A stretch of DNA of 56,014 nt from a virus (taxonomy: Duplodnaviria; Caudoviricetes): positions 1 through 56,014 of the IMG/VR virus record IMGVR_UViG_3300049046_000063. The stretch is one strand, 5' to 3'. Position numbers and translations under genes: made by a program. The notes under the pieces are model-generated. The model worked only from the letters and a program-made list of their open reading frames with translations. It ran no database searches and had not been told where the DNA came from. This document shows, piece after piece, positions 8,795 through 18,141 of this stretch. The first letter of the stretch is position 1, and every line of letters begins with the position of its first letter.

Positions 8795-10189
8795 TTAGGC
8801 TGTGGCGAATAACAATCCCTGTTTCGTAACTGCTTCAATTCTTCGCTGGGCTAACTGGCAATACTCCGCGCTCAATTCGATTCCTATAAACTTCAACCCT
8901 TCCAGCATTGCTGCTTTGCCAGTGCTTCCCGATCCGCAGAATGGATCTAGAACGATGCCGCCCGGCGGCGTAACCAGTCGGCAGAGATACCGCATTAGAT
9001 CAACCGGCTTCACTGTTGGATGATGATTCTTGCGAAGACCTAAACCGCGATTGCGAGGATTATCGCCGCCTGGGTTTCCCTCTTTGCGGCTGTCGTCTTG
9101 CTGGCGTGATGTGAGACTTTCCAGCCCTTCCTCGCGATCTTCTTGACTTGCCTTCGCCGCGTAGAAGAACCGTGCTGCAGATCCCGAATCCAAACGGGCC
9201 ATCGCATCGCGGGCCGCTTTCATATCGCCAAAGACGCCTTTGGATAATCGATCTTTGCCGTGCCCGTTTAGATCGCCTTGCTGCCCCGGCGCATCAGGGA
9301 ACGCAGCCAGCACTTCATCTGATCCGTCCGTGATGACGTTCGCGGGCCAGCGCCCTAATTCGTTTTGCTCTGTGCGCTGTTCGGTCCAGCCGCCCTCGTA
9401 AACATCTTCTGGCCGCTGCTCGCATGCGCCGCGCCAGTTGCCATTTCCCTTCGCGCCGTCGACGCGGCATCCGTCGATATTCAATCCACCCGTTCCGTGC
9501 TGTAAGACGTTTTCAGCAACGGTTCCGATCAGTGGTTTGCGCGCCAACACAATTGGCTCGTGTGCGGGTTTTAATGCTGTGCCCCAGCCGTTCCATTGCT
9601 TCGCTGCTTCCGTCGCTGGAGCGCTTAGCAGACGATCATCCTGAGAACGAACGAACGTTCCGATTGGCGGTGCCAACCTGTCTTCACTGCTGCGCTGGAT
9701 GTGACCGCCAGCGTATTCACGGATGCCCGTTACTTCACGATTCGCGCCCGCTGCTGCATCAATCGCCTTGCTCACGTCCAGCGATTTAGGAAATCCCGAT
9801 CCGTAAAGCCATTGAATCTGATCGCGGATCTCAAACCCTGCTTCTTCAATCGCACAAGCTAAGCGGTGGTAAGTACGGGAGCCTCCGAATGCGAGCAAGT
9901 GACCGCCGGGCTTCAGAACGCGCAAAACCTCAGCCCACGTTTCCGGCATAAACGGAACGCCTGATCCGTCCCACGCCTTCCCCATAAATCCTGTAGTGAT
10001 GCGGGCGCGACCTTGCGGCGTATTCAGATTCACGGATGCCTCTCCGGTGCCGCCGCGCTTGTTCGCGGTCAGTTCATAGGGCGGATCGCACACAACAGAA
10101 TCAACCGAACAGTCGGACAGGTCTCGAAGCACGATCCGGCAATCGCCCTCGTACAAGCTAAATCGATCTGACTCGTAATACGGTTTCAC
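8795..10189 (-). CDS. DNA methyltransferase (N4-C/N6-A, beta class)
   Basis: DPPY motif, HPTVKP, VLDPFCGSGSTG. Confidence 0.95.
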   Translation of the reverse strand: MKPYYESDRFSLYEGDCRIVLRDLSDCSVDSVVCDPPYELTANKRGGTGEASVNLNTPQGRARITTGFMGKAWDGSGVPFMPETWAEVLRVLKPGGHLLAFGGSRTYHRLACAIEEAGFEIRDQIQWLYGSGFPKSLDVSKAIDAAAGANREVTGIREYAGGHIQRSSEDRLAPPIGTFVRSQDDRLLSAPATEAAKQWNGWGTALKPAHEPIVLARKPLIGTVAENVLQHGTGGLNIDGCRVDGAKGNGNWRGACEQRPEDVYEGGWTEQRTEQNELGRWPANVITDGSDEVLAAFPDAPGQQGDLNGHGKDRLSKGVFGDMKAARDAMARLDSGSAARFFYAAKASQEDREEGLESLTSRQQDDSRKEGNPGGDNPRNRGLGLRKNHHPTVKPVDLMRYLCRLVTPPGGIVLDPFCGSGSTGKAAMLEGLKFIGIELSAEYCQLAQRRIEAVTKQGLLFATA

Positions 10190-10704
10190 GCAACCCTCTC
10201 GTGTTTAATCAACAGGCCAAAACTACTGAGACTCAACACTGAATCTTTTCGCTTTGGCTGCTCTTGAACTTTTCGAATGAAGTAGTAACGATTATCTCCG
10301 TCAGACTTCGTTTCGATCTCGTTGGTCCACAGAAGCAGATGCGCGATTGCGTCGCAGATCGTGTCTTTGTCGAGCTTGGTTTCCTGTTGAATCTCGCGCT
10401 GCGTCCGCGCGCCGTTGTGGATCGCTTCCTTCACGCGTTCAACGGGAGACAGCCTGGATAAAGGTAGGACCAGTAGCTTTTCGTCGAACTGCGGATCTCG
10501 CAACTGCTCAAGTAGCTTCACCTGCTTAGCCTTCTGCACTTGTCGCCAGTTCTTCTTTCCTATCCTGCTCTGCGCAACTTTTTTGCGAATGTCCTCTTTG
10601 CAATAAAGATTTCGACCATCCTTGCGAGCTCGGCAGATACCGAATTCAGAGACAGGAAGATCGTTGTCGCAGATCGGACAGTGTTTTAAGTTAGGGGGGT
10701 TCAT
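10186..10704 (-). CDS. Zn-finger plus wHTH hypothetical protein
   Basis: CPIC...EF....DG...YCK N-terminus; HTH-like C-terminal half. Confidence 0.6.
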   Translation of the reverse strand: MNPPNLKHCPICDNDLPVSEFGICRARKDGRNLYCKEDIRKKVAQSRIGKKNWRQVQKAKQVKLLEQLRDPQFDEKLLVLPLSRLSPVERVKEAIHNGARTQREIQQETKLDKDTICDAIAHLLLWTNEIETKSDGDNRYYFIRKVQEQPKRKDSVLSLSSFGLLIKHERVA

Positions 10705-11486
10705 TAAAAGAATTCAATTCGATGGCAGTCCCAAAGCCTCGTCATTATCGAGTTGCCCCACACTTCATCTATGCGGCCCCAGTGCGAGCGCAGTTTTTCC
10801 GCGTCGAAGTTGCTTGTTATTACGAGCTGGTGACCAAACGATTTCGCGGCATCAAGAAGATTGAATAATTGCTCTGAAGCAAACTCACTCGGACGCGCCT
10901 TTTCGAATTCATCAAGAAAGATCAGCCAGGGCTTTCCCTGTTTTCTTAAATCAATCGCTCGTACTCGCGGCGTCCATGGATCGCCTTCTTTGATCGATAG
11001 TTCCAGGCGCCGGAATTCATCAAGTAGATCGCGCACACTTGAAGCTACGGCTGGACGTCGAGACGCGAGCGCGTGGCGGTAGATGGCCCAAGCAATATGA
11101 CTCTTTCCTGATCCGTTCCTGCCGGTGAATAGATAAGATTCATCTGGTTTATTTCTAACTAAATCGATGGCTGCCGCCTGCTTGTGATGGTGTGCGGAAC
11201 TCGGTTTCAACCTTCCAAGTCGCGGCATCCCGAACACCGGAGGAATTACAGATAGTTGGGCTTGAATGGTTTTCCTGCGAACGCACAGACAACGCTCCGA
11301 AGCTTTGGCGGCTTTAGCGTTTTCAAGACTTAACTCGCGGATGAATTCGCCCGTCTCCGCGTCGCGAAGCCTCATGCCGGTTCCGTAGCACCGCCAACAA
11401 TTAGCGGACGACCGATTTTGATTTGAATTCGTAAACTCCGGCGCCTGCTCTTGAGCCCGGCGGAGTATTTTGCTGATAGCTTCCAT
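10704..11486 (-). CDS. DnaC/IstB-like ATPase (helicase loader)
   Basis: Walker A GRNGSGKS, Walker B LIFLDE, ITSN, N-terminal Cys motifs. Confidence 0.9.
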   Translation of the reverse strand: MEAISKILRRAQEQAPEFTNSNQNRSSANCWRCYGTGMRLRDAETGEFIRELSLENAKAAKASERCLCVRRKTIQAQLSVIPPVFGMPRLGRLKPSSAHHHKQAAAIDLVRNKPDESYLFTGRNGSGKSHIAWAIYRHALASRRPAVASSVRDLLDEFRRLELSIKEGDPWTPRVRAIDLRKQGKPWLIFLDEFEKARPSEFASEQLFNLLDAAKSFGHQLVITSNFDAEKLRSHWGRIDEVWGNSIMTRLWDCHRIEFF

Positions 11487-12231
11487 TCCCGTTCCCCATT
11501 GGCGGATCTTCGTTGTTGAGCCAGTAGATGAGCCGATTTTGTGTTGCTTGCTTGCCCTTGCGGTGACAGTGGACCAACATCTTGTTGTAAACGTTCCGCA
11601 CGTTCAGGTGTTTGTAGGCCTCGTTGGACTGCATCTCGGCTATGAACTCATCGTCACAGACTCTCTTGCGCGGTTGGCGCGCGGTCACGCGCGCTTCACT
11701 GCTTTTCTGTGATTTGTGATCTGTGTTTTGTGTATTGTGGTTTGTAGATCTCTGATCTGTGATCTGTGCATGCAATTGCATTGCATTTGCATCTACATTT
11801 GCAGTGCTTTTGCTGTGCAATTGCACCTGCATTTGCAGATCGTTTGCTGCAATAATACGTTCACCTTCGACCTTCTCTTCTTCGGCTATGCCTTCTGAGT
11901 TGGTCACTTCGGATTTTCCGTATCGTGTGCGAGCTGCGGTTGATCGAACGGCTGAAATCTCCTTCGCTTTCGCGATCTCTTGATCGGCACGCTTCTGATG
12001 CCAGCCGTCTGATTGTTCGTTGAAAAACTGAGTGAGTACGTTTCTGACCGCGCCTTGCTCTTCCGGTGTGAACGCGCGACATATTCGGTAGAGGGCCAGG
12101 TCGTCGAGCGGGAGCGCCTTTCGCTTGGCGTAGTAGTAATCCAATAGCCGGTTGTATGCTCCGTTTTCCATGAGCGATAAATGCTGAGTGTCGCGGTCGT
12201 AGTCGTCCATGAAACGTGGATACCAGTGCAT
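11401..12231 (-). CDS. Replication initiator (DUF1376/YdaU-like)
   Basis: WYPR...DY..DT.HLS..E.GAY.RLLDYYY; internal repeats; upstream of the DnaC-like gene. Confidence 0.88.
   Translation of the reverse strand: MHWYPRFMDDYDRDTQHLSLMENGAYNRLLDYYYAKRKALPLDDLALYRICRAFTPEEQGAVRNVLTQFFNEQSDGWHQKRADQEIAKAKEISAVRSTAARTRYGKSEVTNSEGIAEEEKVEGERIIAANDLQMQVQLHSKSTANVDANAMQLHAQITDQRSTNHNTQNTDHKSQKSSEARVTARQPRKRVCDDEFIAEMQSNEAYKHLNVRNVYNKMLVHCHRKGKQATQNRLIYWLNNEDPPMGNGNGSYQQNTPPGSRAGAGVYEFKSKSVVR
11705..11852. repeat. Putative replication origin (iterons) inside the initiator gene
   Basis: Dense TTTGCA/TGCAATTGCA repeats at ~11766-11852 next to ~7-bp GATCTGT-type repeats at ~11705-11767, as in lambda O-type origins. 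Confidence 0.65.
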
Positions 12232-12510
12232 TTGACTTGTCGATTTAACCGCCGGAAGAGTTTTCTACGCCGCCTTGTTCTTTACCGCTCGCCCAAGATC
12301 TCTCGGACACTGCTGTCCTACCCTGTACTTATTGCCGAACGTTTCGCCGCAGTGCATACACACAAGAACATCGGCCGCATCTTGGCTCTTGTCGTTTGTG
12401 ATTAATCTGCCCGGACAGCGACGATTCATGGTTTTGTTAAAGGCGAGCCAGCCCCAGGAGGTCCAGCACTGGCCCGCCGGTGTCCGCGCTGCCTCGTCTG
12501 CGCAGACAAA

Positions 12511-13392
12511 TCAATCCTTGTATTCCGAAAGCGCGTCTTTTAGCTGGACCAACTCATCAAGATTGAGAGCATTAATATCTCGCCCGCCGGTCTGCTTCTC
12601 GATTTGGGCCTCCGTGAACATGTCTTTGATCGACCCGCGGAGCTTCTTCTTTTCCGCTTTTTCATCGATCACGGCAGGCTCTACCACCGCGCTCTGTGTT
12701 GATTCAGAGGAAGCGGCTTCAGTCTCAATAATCTCCGCTTCCACAACCGCAGGATGGTGTTGTAGTTGTGCGGCCATCCGCTCAGCCTTCGATTGCTGAC
12801 CGTTCGCTGGTCCAAGCGGAACGCCCTCAGTTTCCGCGATCCTCTCTGCTTCGTCAGGGTCGTAAATCCCAGCTAGGCCAAAAGCCACGCGTGCGCACTG
12901 AATTAACGCTTTATGTCGCAGCATCCGTGCAGGCCACTTGGTCCACGGCTCCGTGTTGCGCGCGCACTCACTCATGTATTCGGTGACTTTGGTAGGGTGA
13001 GCGCGATCTTTGCGATAGATGACCGCTGTCACACCGCGTAGCTCGCCAGCGTCGTTGAATTGGTCGTTGAACTCAATACCGTCTAAAGCCGTCTGCCGAT
13101 TGATAAGAGTGCTCCATCCGTCAATCGAGACAATCGGGACAATGCCACCGCCCTTCGCCGGGAACGCGTAGATCTCTTTAATGAACGGATTGAGATCGTA
13201 TTGCTTGGCAACCGCCAGGAACGCGGCAACCTGTTCGTTGCTGGGGTTTTGTTTGTCCGAAGGGAAAACCGTTTTAATAAGAGTACTCAGAAACTTTGTG
13301 GGCTCAAGGCCGTGACGGTTTGCCATGAAACCTATCAGCGATGTTCCCGCTACTACCGCAGGCTTTGTTTCCGCGGGTGCTGGTGTTGTCAT
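12511..13392 (-). CDS. bet: Bet/RecT-family ssDNA annealing protein
   Basis: LNPFIKEIYAFP..GGGIVPIVSIDGW and W...P.RMLRHKALIQCAR.AFG. Confidence 0.95.
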   Translation of the reverse strand: MTTPAPAETKPAVVAGTSLIGFMANRHGLEPTKFLSTLIKTVFPSDKQNPSNEQVAAFLAVAKQYDLNPFIKEIYAFPAKGGGIVPIVSIDGWSTLINRQTALDGIEFNDQFNDAGELRGVTAVIYRKDRAHPTKVTEYMSECARNTEPWTKWPARMLRHKALIQCARVAFGLAGIYDPDEAERIAETEGVPLGPANGQQSKAERMAAQLQHHPAVVEAEIIETEAASSESTQSAVVEPAVIDEKAEKKKLRGSIKDMFTEAQIEKQTGGRDINALNLDELVQLKDALSEYKD

Positions 13393-14258
13393 TTGCTACC
13401 TTTCATTTTGCGAAGGACTCGAAATTTCGTCGGCGCCACTGTGTAGCCGCTTCTGCTCTGCTCAAAATAAGTGAGACAGCCAGCGCCGTATCTCGCGCCT
13501 TCGGCGTCATCCATTGCGGCCAGAATCGCGGCCTGGGTATCTTCAACGCGCTTCTTTGCCTTCGACAGAGCCGCTGTGGCCTCAAACCACTCCATCACGA
13601 GACGGTCTGCAACCGTAACTGTCTTATTTGGCTCGCGCCGGACTCGCTTAACCACATCGAGCGAAGGGATAAACGTCTGTGGCGGCGTGTCGGTTAAGAC
13701 GTGCTCGCGCCAGAATTGATCTCCGATTGCTATCGCGCTTTCCATCAGCGCGTCGTTGCGCTTGATCTCGTAAACACGTATTTCAAAGTGACGAAACGCA
13801 GGCAGCAGCACTGGAATCCAAGCTACGCGGCATTCTTTTCCCGTCGCCTTCGTTACCACGTACATTTGTTCGTGAACCTGAATCAGAACGCGCTCGGGAA
13901 TCTCGTCGGTTCCGAGCGGTCCCCACTCTTCACCCAGGCCGCTCGTCTTAGCCTCGACAATTTCCGGCAAAGACCCGTCGATAAATCCATCCAGGTTTGA
14001 GCAAAAGTGCCCGTTTGTAAAAAACAGGTGCCGCTGAAGAGTTACGCCGCGCTTCTTCTCAAAGTGATCTAATACCGCTCCTTCGAAGGTTGTGCCGAAA
14101 TCCTGGACTGCCGACTCCTTTTCATCAACAACTACGCGTCCGGTCTTCTCGAGCCAGACGTCGCCGATTGTTCGCCATGAATCCATTCCCAACACAGAGG
14201 GAAGGTCGGACGATCCGAGGTATTTTTTGCGCAGTTGGCGCTGCTCGTTGGTGATCAT
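13389..14258 (-). CDS. YqaJ-like viral recombinase exonuclease
   Basis: R..YLGSSD...LG, NLDG, EAKT, Q...QM motifs; paired with bet. Confidence 0.92.
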   Translation of the reverse strand: MITNEQRQLRKKYLGSSDLPSVLGMDSWRTIGDVWLEKTGRVVVDEKESAVQDFGTTFEGAVLDHFEKKRGVTLQRHLFFTNGHFCSNLDGFIDGSLPEIVEAKTSGLGEEWGPLGTDEIPERVLIQVHEQMYVVTKATGKECRVAWIPVLLPAFRHFEIRVYEIKRNDALMESAIAIGDQFWREHVLTDTPPQTFIPSLDVVKRVRREPNKTVTVADRLVMEWFEATAALSKAKKRVEDTQAAILAAMDDAEGARYGAGCLTYFEQSRSGYTVAPTKFRVLRKMKGSK

Positions 14259-14421
14259 CTCAACGCCCTGTCCGCTTTCTCTTCAGCCACTTGCTCGCGT
14301 ATCAGATCGCCCAAATCCATGAACCGCCCACAGGATTCGCACAAGCACATCAGATCGTGCTCTTCGACTTCCTCACCTAAGCGGTCAAACTCTTCGAGCA
14401 TTAGAATTTCAATATCGGCGC

Positions 14422-14643
14422 TCACTTGACAGCCTCCGCAATCACGAACAAAGAGGCGAGCCCGACGATCAGCACGATCAGAACCAACACTGCATACAAA
14501 GCCTCTTGTCTTCGGAATGAACTACGCTGCCGTTGCTCATTGAGGGTGTCGCGCCCGCGCACGGCTGTGATCATCTGAGCGTGATTAGGCGGAAAGTATC
14601 TTGTCGAGAGTTTTGATGGCGTGCTATTCTGTTGCTGGTCCAT
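14422..14643 (-). CDS. Small protein with C-terminal transmembrane helix
   Basis: ALYAVLVLIVLIVGLASLFVIA. Confidence 0.55.
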   Translation of the reverse strand: MDQQQNSTPSKLSTRYFPPNHAQMITAVRGRDTLNEQRQRSSFRRQEALYAVLVLIVLIVGLASLFVIAEAVK

Positions 14644-14764
14644 AAAGCCACTCTGTTAGTTGATCCGGCGTTTCTCTTTCAGGGAGAGCGCCGGATTTAG
14701 TTTTTCAAAGGGAAGCGAGCCAGCCCCAAGCCCCAATTTTAGAGACCGGCCCGCTCCCACAAAC

Positions 14765-15205
14765 TCACCCGGCTTTTCTCAGCGAGACCGCCTCAATATG
14801 CGCCAGTCTTCGTTTGCTGTAAGCAATTGACTGCGCCAGCTCCATGCCCTTGCGAGCGGGCGGCGCATCTTGCAGCTCAGCCGATACGTAGTCGCTCTGC
14901 TCCTTTGCAACCTGAGCCGCGCTCGGAACAGGGAGTTTCCCTTGCGTTTCCCACTCATCCCAAAGGCTTTCAATGTAGGCTCGCAGCACCGGCCATTGGT
15001 CCGGACACGTTTCGATAACGTGGAATTGCTCCAAGAGCCCTTCGGCGGTCGCCAGCTTTCGCTCATCATTTGGATTGAGACGTCTTGATATGTCGCCATC
15101 ACTTACGCCCATGCCGTGAGCAATCAGCTTTTGTGCTCCACGAGGTATCACCAGCGAGAACAGCGACTTTACTTCGTACTGTGTAGGGGCCGGTTTCATG
15201 CTCAA
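14765..15205 (-). CDS. CII-like phage regulatory protein
   Basis: K.IA..MGVS...ISRRLNPND HTH motif; directly downstream of the Cro-position gene. Confidence 0.65.
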   Translation of the reverse strand: MSMKPAPTQYEVKSLFSLVIPRGAQKLIAHGMGVSDGDISRRLNPNDERKLATAEGLLEQFHVIETCPDQWPVLRAYIESLWDEWETQGKLPVPSAAQVAKEQSDYVSAELQDAPPARKGMELAQSIAYSKRRLAHIEAVSLRKAG

Positions 15206-15285
15206 AATTCCTTCGTTTCAATACTTGAGCCGATAGTTATCCCTCAGGTAACGTTCGTGATCGAACGCAACCTCTCTCCAACCGA

Positions 15286-15459
15286 TTAGGCTGCTTTTGC
15301 CAGTTCTGGATAACGCCTTGCCAGCTTTGAAAGCTTTTCCTCGATTGCCTTTCGGACAAACTCGGAAGCGGGCACTTCGAGAATTTCAGCGGCCCTTTCA
15401 AGCCGCTCCATTTGTTCGCTGCTGGCGCGTAGATGTAAGCGTGTGTCCTTTTTTCTCAT
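15286..15459 (-). CDS. Ribbon-helix-helix protein in the Cro position
   Basis: KDTRLHLRAS.EQMERLERAA..LEVP.SEFVRKAI matches the RHH pattern. Confidence 0.8.
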   Translation of the reverse strand: MRKKDTRLHLRASSEQMERLERAAEILEVPASEFVRKAIEEKLSKLARRYPELAKAA

Positions 15460-15475
15460 AACGTTTGCACGTTCA

Positions 15476-15578
15476 GTGTAAGTACAGCGGGAGTACATAT
15501 AGCACTGTGTACGTACACTGTCAACACCTATTTCCGAGAATTCATTGTTTTCTTCTGTGCGGTTGATGTAAGTACGAT
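15476..15578. promoter_or_regulatory. Divergent switch region: leftward promoter and TGTA(C/A)GTAC operators
   Basis: GTGTACGTACAC (15507-15518) lies between minus-strand TTGACA and TATATG, 17 bp apart; variants GTGTAAGTACAG (15476) and ATGTAAGTACGA (15567). Confidence 0.75.
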
Positions 15579-15581
15579 GTC

Positions 15582-15920
15582 ATGGCAACCGAAGAACGCG
15601 TAAATATCCGCATTTCTCCAGAAGTAAAGCTTGATGGCATTGCTTTGGGTGTAATGCACGGGTGGGATCTCAGTACGCTTCTGCGAACCCTCATTATTCA
15701 CGAAACGCAAAAAGAAACGAAGGAACGACCTGGCGTGTTTAAGGACGCTCGGAAGAAAGCGCTTGAAATTGTCGAGCGTGAAAAACAGAAGGCCGCTCAG
15801 CGCAACGGTAAGAAAAGACGGGTAGCAATAACCAATGTCAAGGCCAATGAAGATGATCGATCCTCTCGAATACAAGACAGTGCCGGTAGAAGGGCAAGTG
15901 GCGGCGGGCGCAAGCGTTGA
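15582..15920 (+). CDS. Ribbon-helix-helix protein in the CI repressor position
   Basis: RVNIRISPEVK...G..LSTLLRTLI RHH pattern; divergent from the Cro-like gene. Confidence 0.7.
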   Translation: MATEERVNIRISPEVKLDGIALGVMHGWDLSTLLRTLIIHETQKETKERPGVFKDARKKALEIVEREKQKAAQRNGKKRRVAITNVKANEDDRSSRIQDSAGRRASGGGRKR

Positions 15921-16257
15921 GTTTCTGCCAACGGTACGGACGCGCGAGGTTCGGCTGCCAAACTGGGCGGACGACTCTGATCGGTTCGTGCTTACTGAAG
16001 TGTGCGGAGACTCGCTCTGCGATGCCGGTATATTCAGCGGTGACTACGCCCTTATCCACCTCAACCCAAACGAAATCAAAGACGGTGATCTGATCGCGGC
16101 CTTCACGCCGGACGGGATGTTGATCAAGTTTTACTTCAACAACGATGATGGTCGTATCCGACTCGAGGGAGCAAACCCGAGCCGACCAGCACGCTACTAC
16201 GATCCCGAAGACATAAGCGTACAAGGAAAGGTGATCCGCACAGAGCGAGATCGCTGA
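15835..16257 (+). CDS. Stand-alone S24 (LexA/UmuD-like) peptidase
   Basis: VEGQVAAG (Ala-Gly cleavage site), V.GDSL (Ser), LIKF (Lys), L..AN, VQGKV; no DNA-binding domain; in-frame stop at 15829. Confidence 0.88.
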   Translation: MSRPMKMIDPLEYKTVPVEGQVAAGASVEFLPTVRTREVRLPNWADDSDRFVLTEVCGDSLCDAGIFSGDYALIHLNPNEIKDGDLIAAFTPDGMLIKFYFNNDDGRIRLEGANPSRPARYYDPEDISVQGKVIRTERDR

Positions 16258-16270
16258 AAGGCAAAACCTC

Positions 16271-16774
16271 ATGTTGAAAACAATCCTGCTCGCCGCCCTC
16301 ATTCTTGCCGTCTGCGCTCCCGCGGTTGCACAGAAATCGCCGCAGGCCGAGAAGTCGGCCAATGCGGTAAAATGGGCCTTTCCAAAAGCAGGACAGACAC
16401 CCTCAAGCATCAACGGCGAAGTCTATTACGAGTTGGCCGAAGGAATACTCGCCAAACGCACCACTCTTGGCGAAAGTAAAAACATTGAAGCTTCGGCGGT
16501 TTACTTCAGCCCAAAGGCGCTGGCAGTGTTCCGCCTGGTGCAGGTAACAGAACCCAAAGAAATCCCGAACTTAGACCGATTCCTGATAATGATGGCCGTC
16601 CATCTCTCCGTCGAAGATCCGCTTAACAAAGGCTTCCATAAATACATCGGCCCTAACATGATGTACGGTGAACTCTTTTACTTCTACCAATTGAAAAACG
16701 GGCAGTTCATAGCGGCGCGCATCGCTGACGATCAAAGCCACGTCCTTATCCTGCCCGGCCCAGCCACGAACTAG
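16271..16774 (+). CDS. Exported protein in the immunity operon (possible superinfection exclusion)
   Basis: Sec signal MLKTILLAALILAVCAPAVA; position after the repressor genes. Confidence 0.6.
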   Translation: MLKTILLAALILAVCAPAVAQKSPQAEKSANAVKWAFPKAGQTPSSINGEVYYELAEGILAKRTTLGESKNIEASAVYFSPKALAVFRLVQVTEPKEIPNLDRFLIMMAVHLSVEDPLNKGFHKYIGPNMMYGELFYFYQLKNGQFIAARIADDQSHVLILPGPATN

Positions 16775-16815
16775 CAGCTAACAATCCGCCCTAAAAACAA
16801 TTCGCACGATTATGC

Positions 16816-16850
16816 TTGACGTGTACGTACATTGAGCGTACAGTGTACTC
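16816..16850 (+). promoter_or_regulatory. Rightward early promoter with operator
   Basis: TTGACG-17bp-TACAGT with GTGTACGTACAT in the spacer, the same operator as at 15507. Confidence 0.78.
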
Positions 16851-16868
16851 GTTGTGGAGGCGAAGACA

Positions 16869-17012
16869 ATGCAAAGAGATTCACTAATGCTAACGCTGGT
16901 AGTCCTGGCAATGATTCTTGCTCTGGCTATTTCAGTAGGGCCGGCAGCAAAGAAACGATTGGGAGAGATGCTTACCGATCCACTCAAGGTTGAACAGATG
17001 GTGAAGGCGTAA
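16869..17012 (+). CDS. 47-aa membrane protein (not in ORF track)
   Basis: GGAGG RBS; MQRDSLMLTLVVLAMILALAISVGPAAKKRLGEMLTDPLKVEQMVKA. Confidence 0.65.
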   Translation: MQRDSLMLTLVVLAMILALAISVGPAAKKRLGEMLTDPLKVEQMVKA

Positions 17013-17028
17013 GGGAAGGGGAGACGCA

Positions 17029-17268
17029 ATGGCAAACAGAGAAACACGAACTGGTTACACAGCAGAAGAAGTGAAGACGATGGCTGACGCTAAAGGGTTG
17101 CCCTGCGAGCTTCGGAAGATTGGCCGCTATCGCTCACACGGCAAGCTGGTGCAGATGGAAGTTGTTTACCCGCGCTCCACGGTAGAGGCTTTGAGTTTGG
17201 ATCGCGAATGGTCACTTTACTACCCGCATCAGTATCCCTCCAAGGCGTTGAAGGGGGAATTGTCGTGA
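17029..17268 (+). CDS. Hypothetical early protein
   Basis: GGGGAG RBS; 79 aa. Confidence 0.6.
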   Translation: MANRETRTGYTAEEVKTMADAKGLPCELRKIGRYRSHGKLVQMEVVYPRSTVEALSLDREWSLYYPHQYPSKALKGELS

Positions 17269-18065
17269 ACGCGCCAACACATTGCATCTTTTGTCGCAGC
17301 CATAAATTGCGGATGTATCGCCTGCCGGATTCAAAAAGCCGTCATGTGTTTTGTGATGAATGCGGCGCTGCTGGCCCGTGGGGTGAATGTGATAACGAGG
17401 CGCGATCCCTCTACACCATGGCTAACGTCGGGCTCGTCAATAAAGTCGGAGACGGAGTCTTCGCTATCGCCGACGAACGCATACGCCAGATCACCGTTAA
17501 GGGTTACACACCACAGCATGATGACGAACACGATCTTGGCGAGTTAGGGCTAGCCGCCGCGCTCTACGCGTTGCCTTACGACGCGAAGCAGGGCAATGAT
17601 CCGCTGATCACTCAAGACGATTTCATCAATCTGCACATCGCGCTCGAAACAGGTTGTGGGTTTTACGTCGATCCTGAGCCTGACAAGTTGAAGCGACTTG
17701 CTAAGGCGGGTGCCCTGATCGCCGCAGAATTCGATAGGGTAAAACGCGCCGCTAACAACGCGATCGATTCCAGCGGCGACTGTGATTCGTGCGGCAAGTC
17801 CGTTCCTGAATCCGAAATCAAGGGCGCAATGACTAGCGCGGGAGTTGAGGGATTGTTCTGCCACGAATGCAGACACGGGAAGAATTGCGACTGCCCGCCG
17901 TCATCAGATCCCGGCACGATAGTCGAGTGCGACGTCTGCGACAACACGGAGACGCTTGGTGGCGAAATTTCAGAGCGCACGCTTGAAGATGCGGGGTGGT
18001 ATCTCGGCGACATTTCGATCCTTTGTCCGGACCACGCAGCAGCAGGATTTAATAGATTCGAATAA
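17265..18065 (+). CDS. Mosaic early protein with a Lar-like Zn-finger N-terminus
   Basis: CIFC...CDECGAAGP, then the common phage module ERIRQI..KGYT..HDD.H..GEL..AA..Y, then further CxxC pairs. Confidence 0.65.
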   Translation: MNAPTHCIFCRSHKLRMYRLPDSKSRHVFCDECGAAGPWGECDNEARSLYTMANVGLVNKVGDGVFAIADERIRQITVKGYTPQHDDEHDLGELGLAAALYALPYDAKQGNDPLITQDDFINLHIALETGCGFYVDPEPDKLKRLAKAGALIAAEFDRVKRAANNAIDSSGDCDSCGKSVPESEIKGAMTSAGVEGLFCHECRHGKNCDCPPSSDPGTIVECDVCDNTETLGGEISERTLEDAGWYLGDISILCPDHAAAGFNRFE

Positions 18066-18141
18066 GCAGGAGACGCAATGGCAAATACAACCTACCGGCA
18101 AGGCTGATCGTTCTTACGATCCAAAGGAACGGTTCTAGGCG

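Noticed and set aside
15835-16257. umuD of a mutagenic polymerase V cassette
   Set aside because: No umuC/Y-family polymerase in the window, and the gene lies in the repressor operon.
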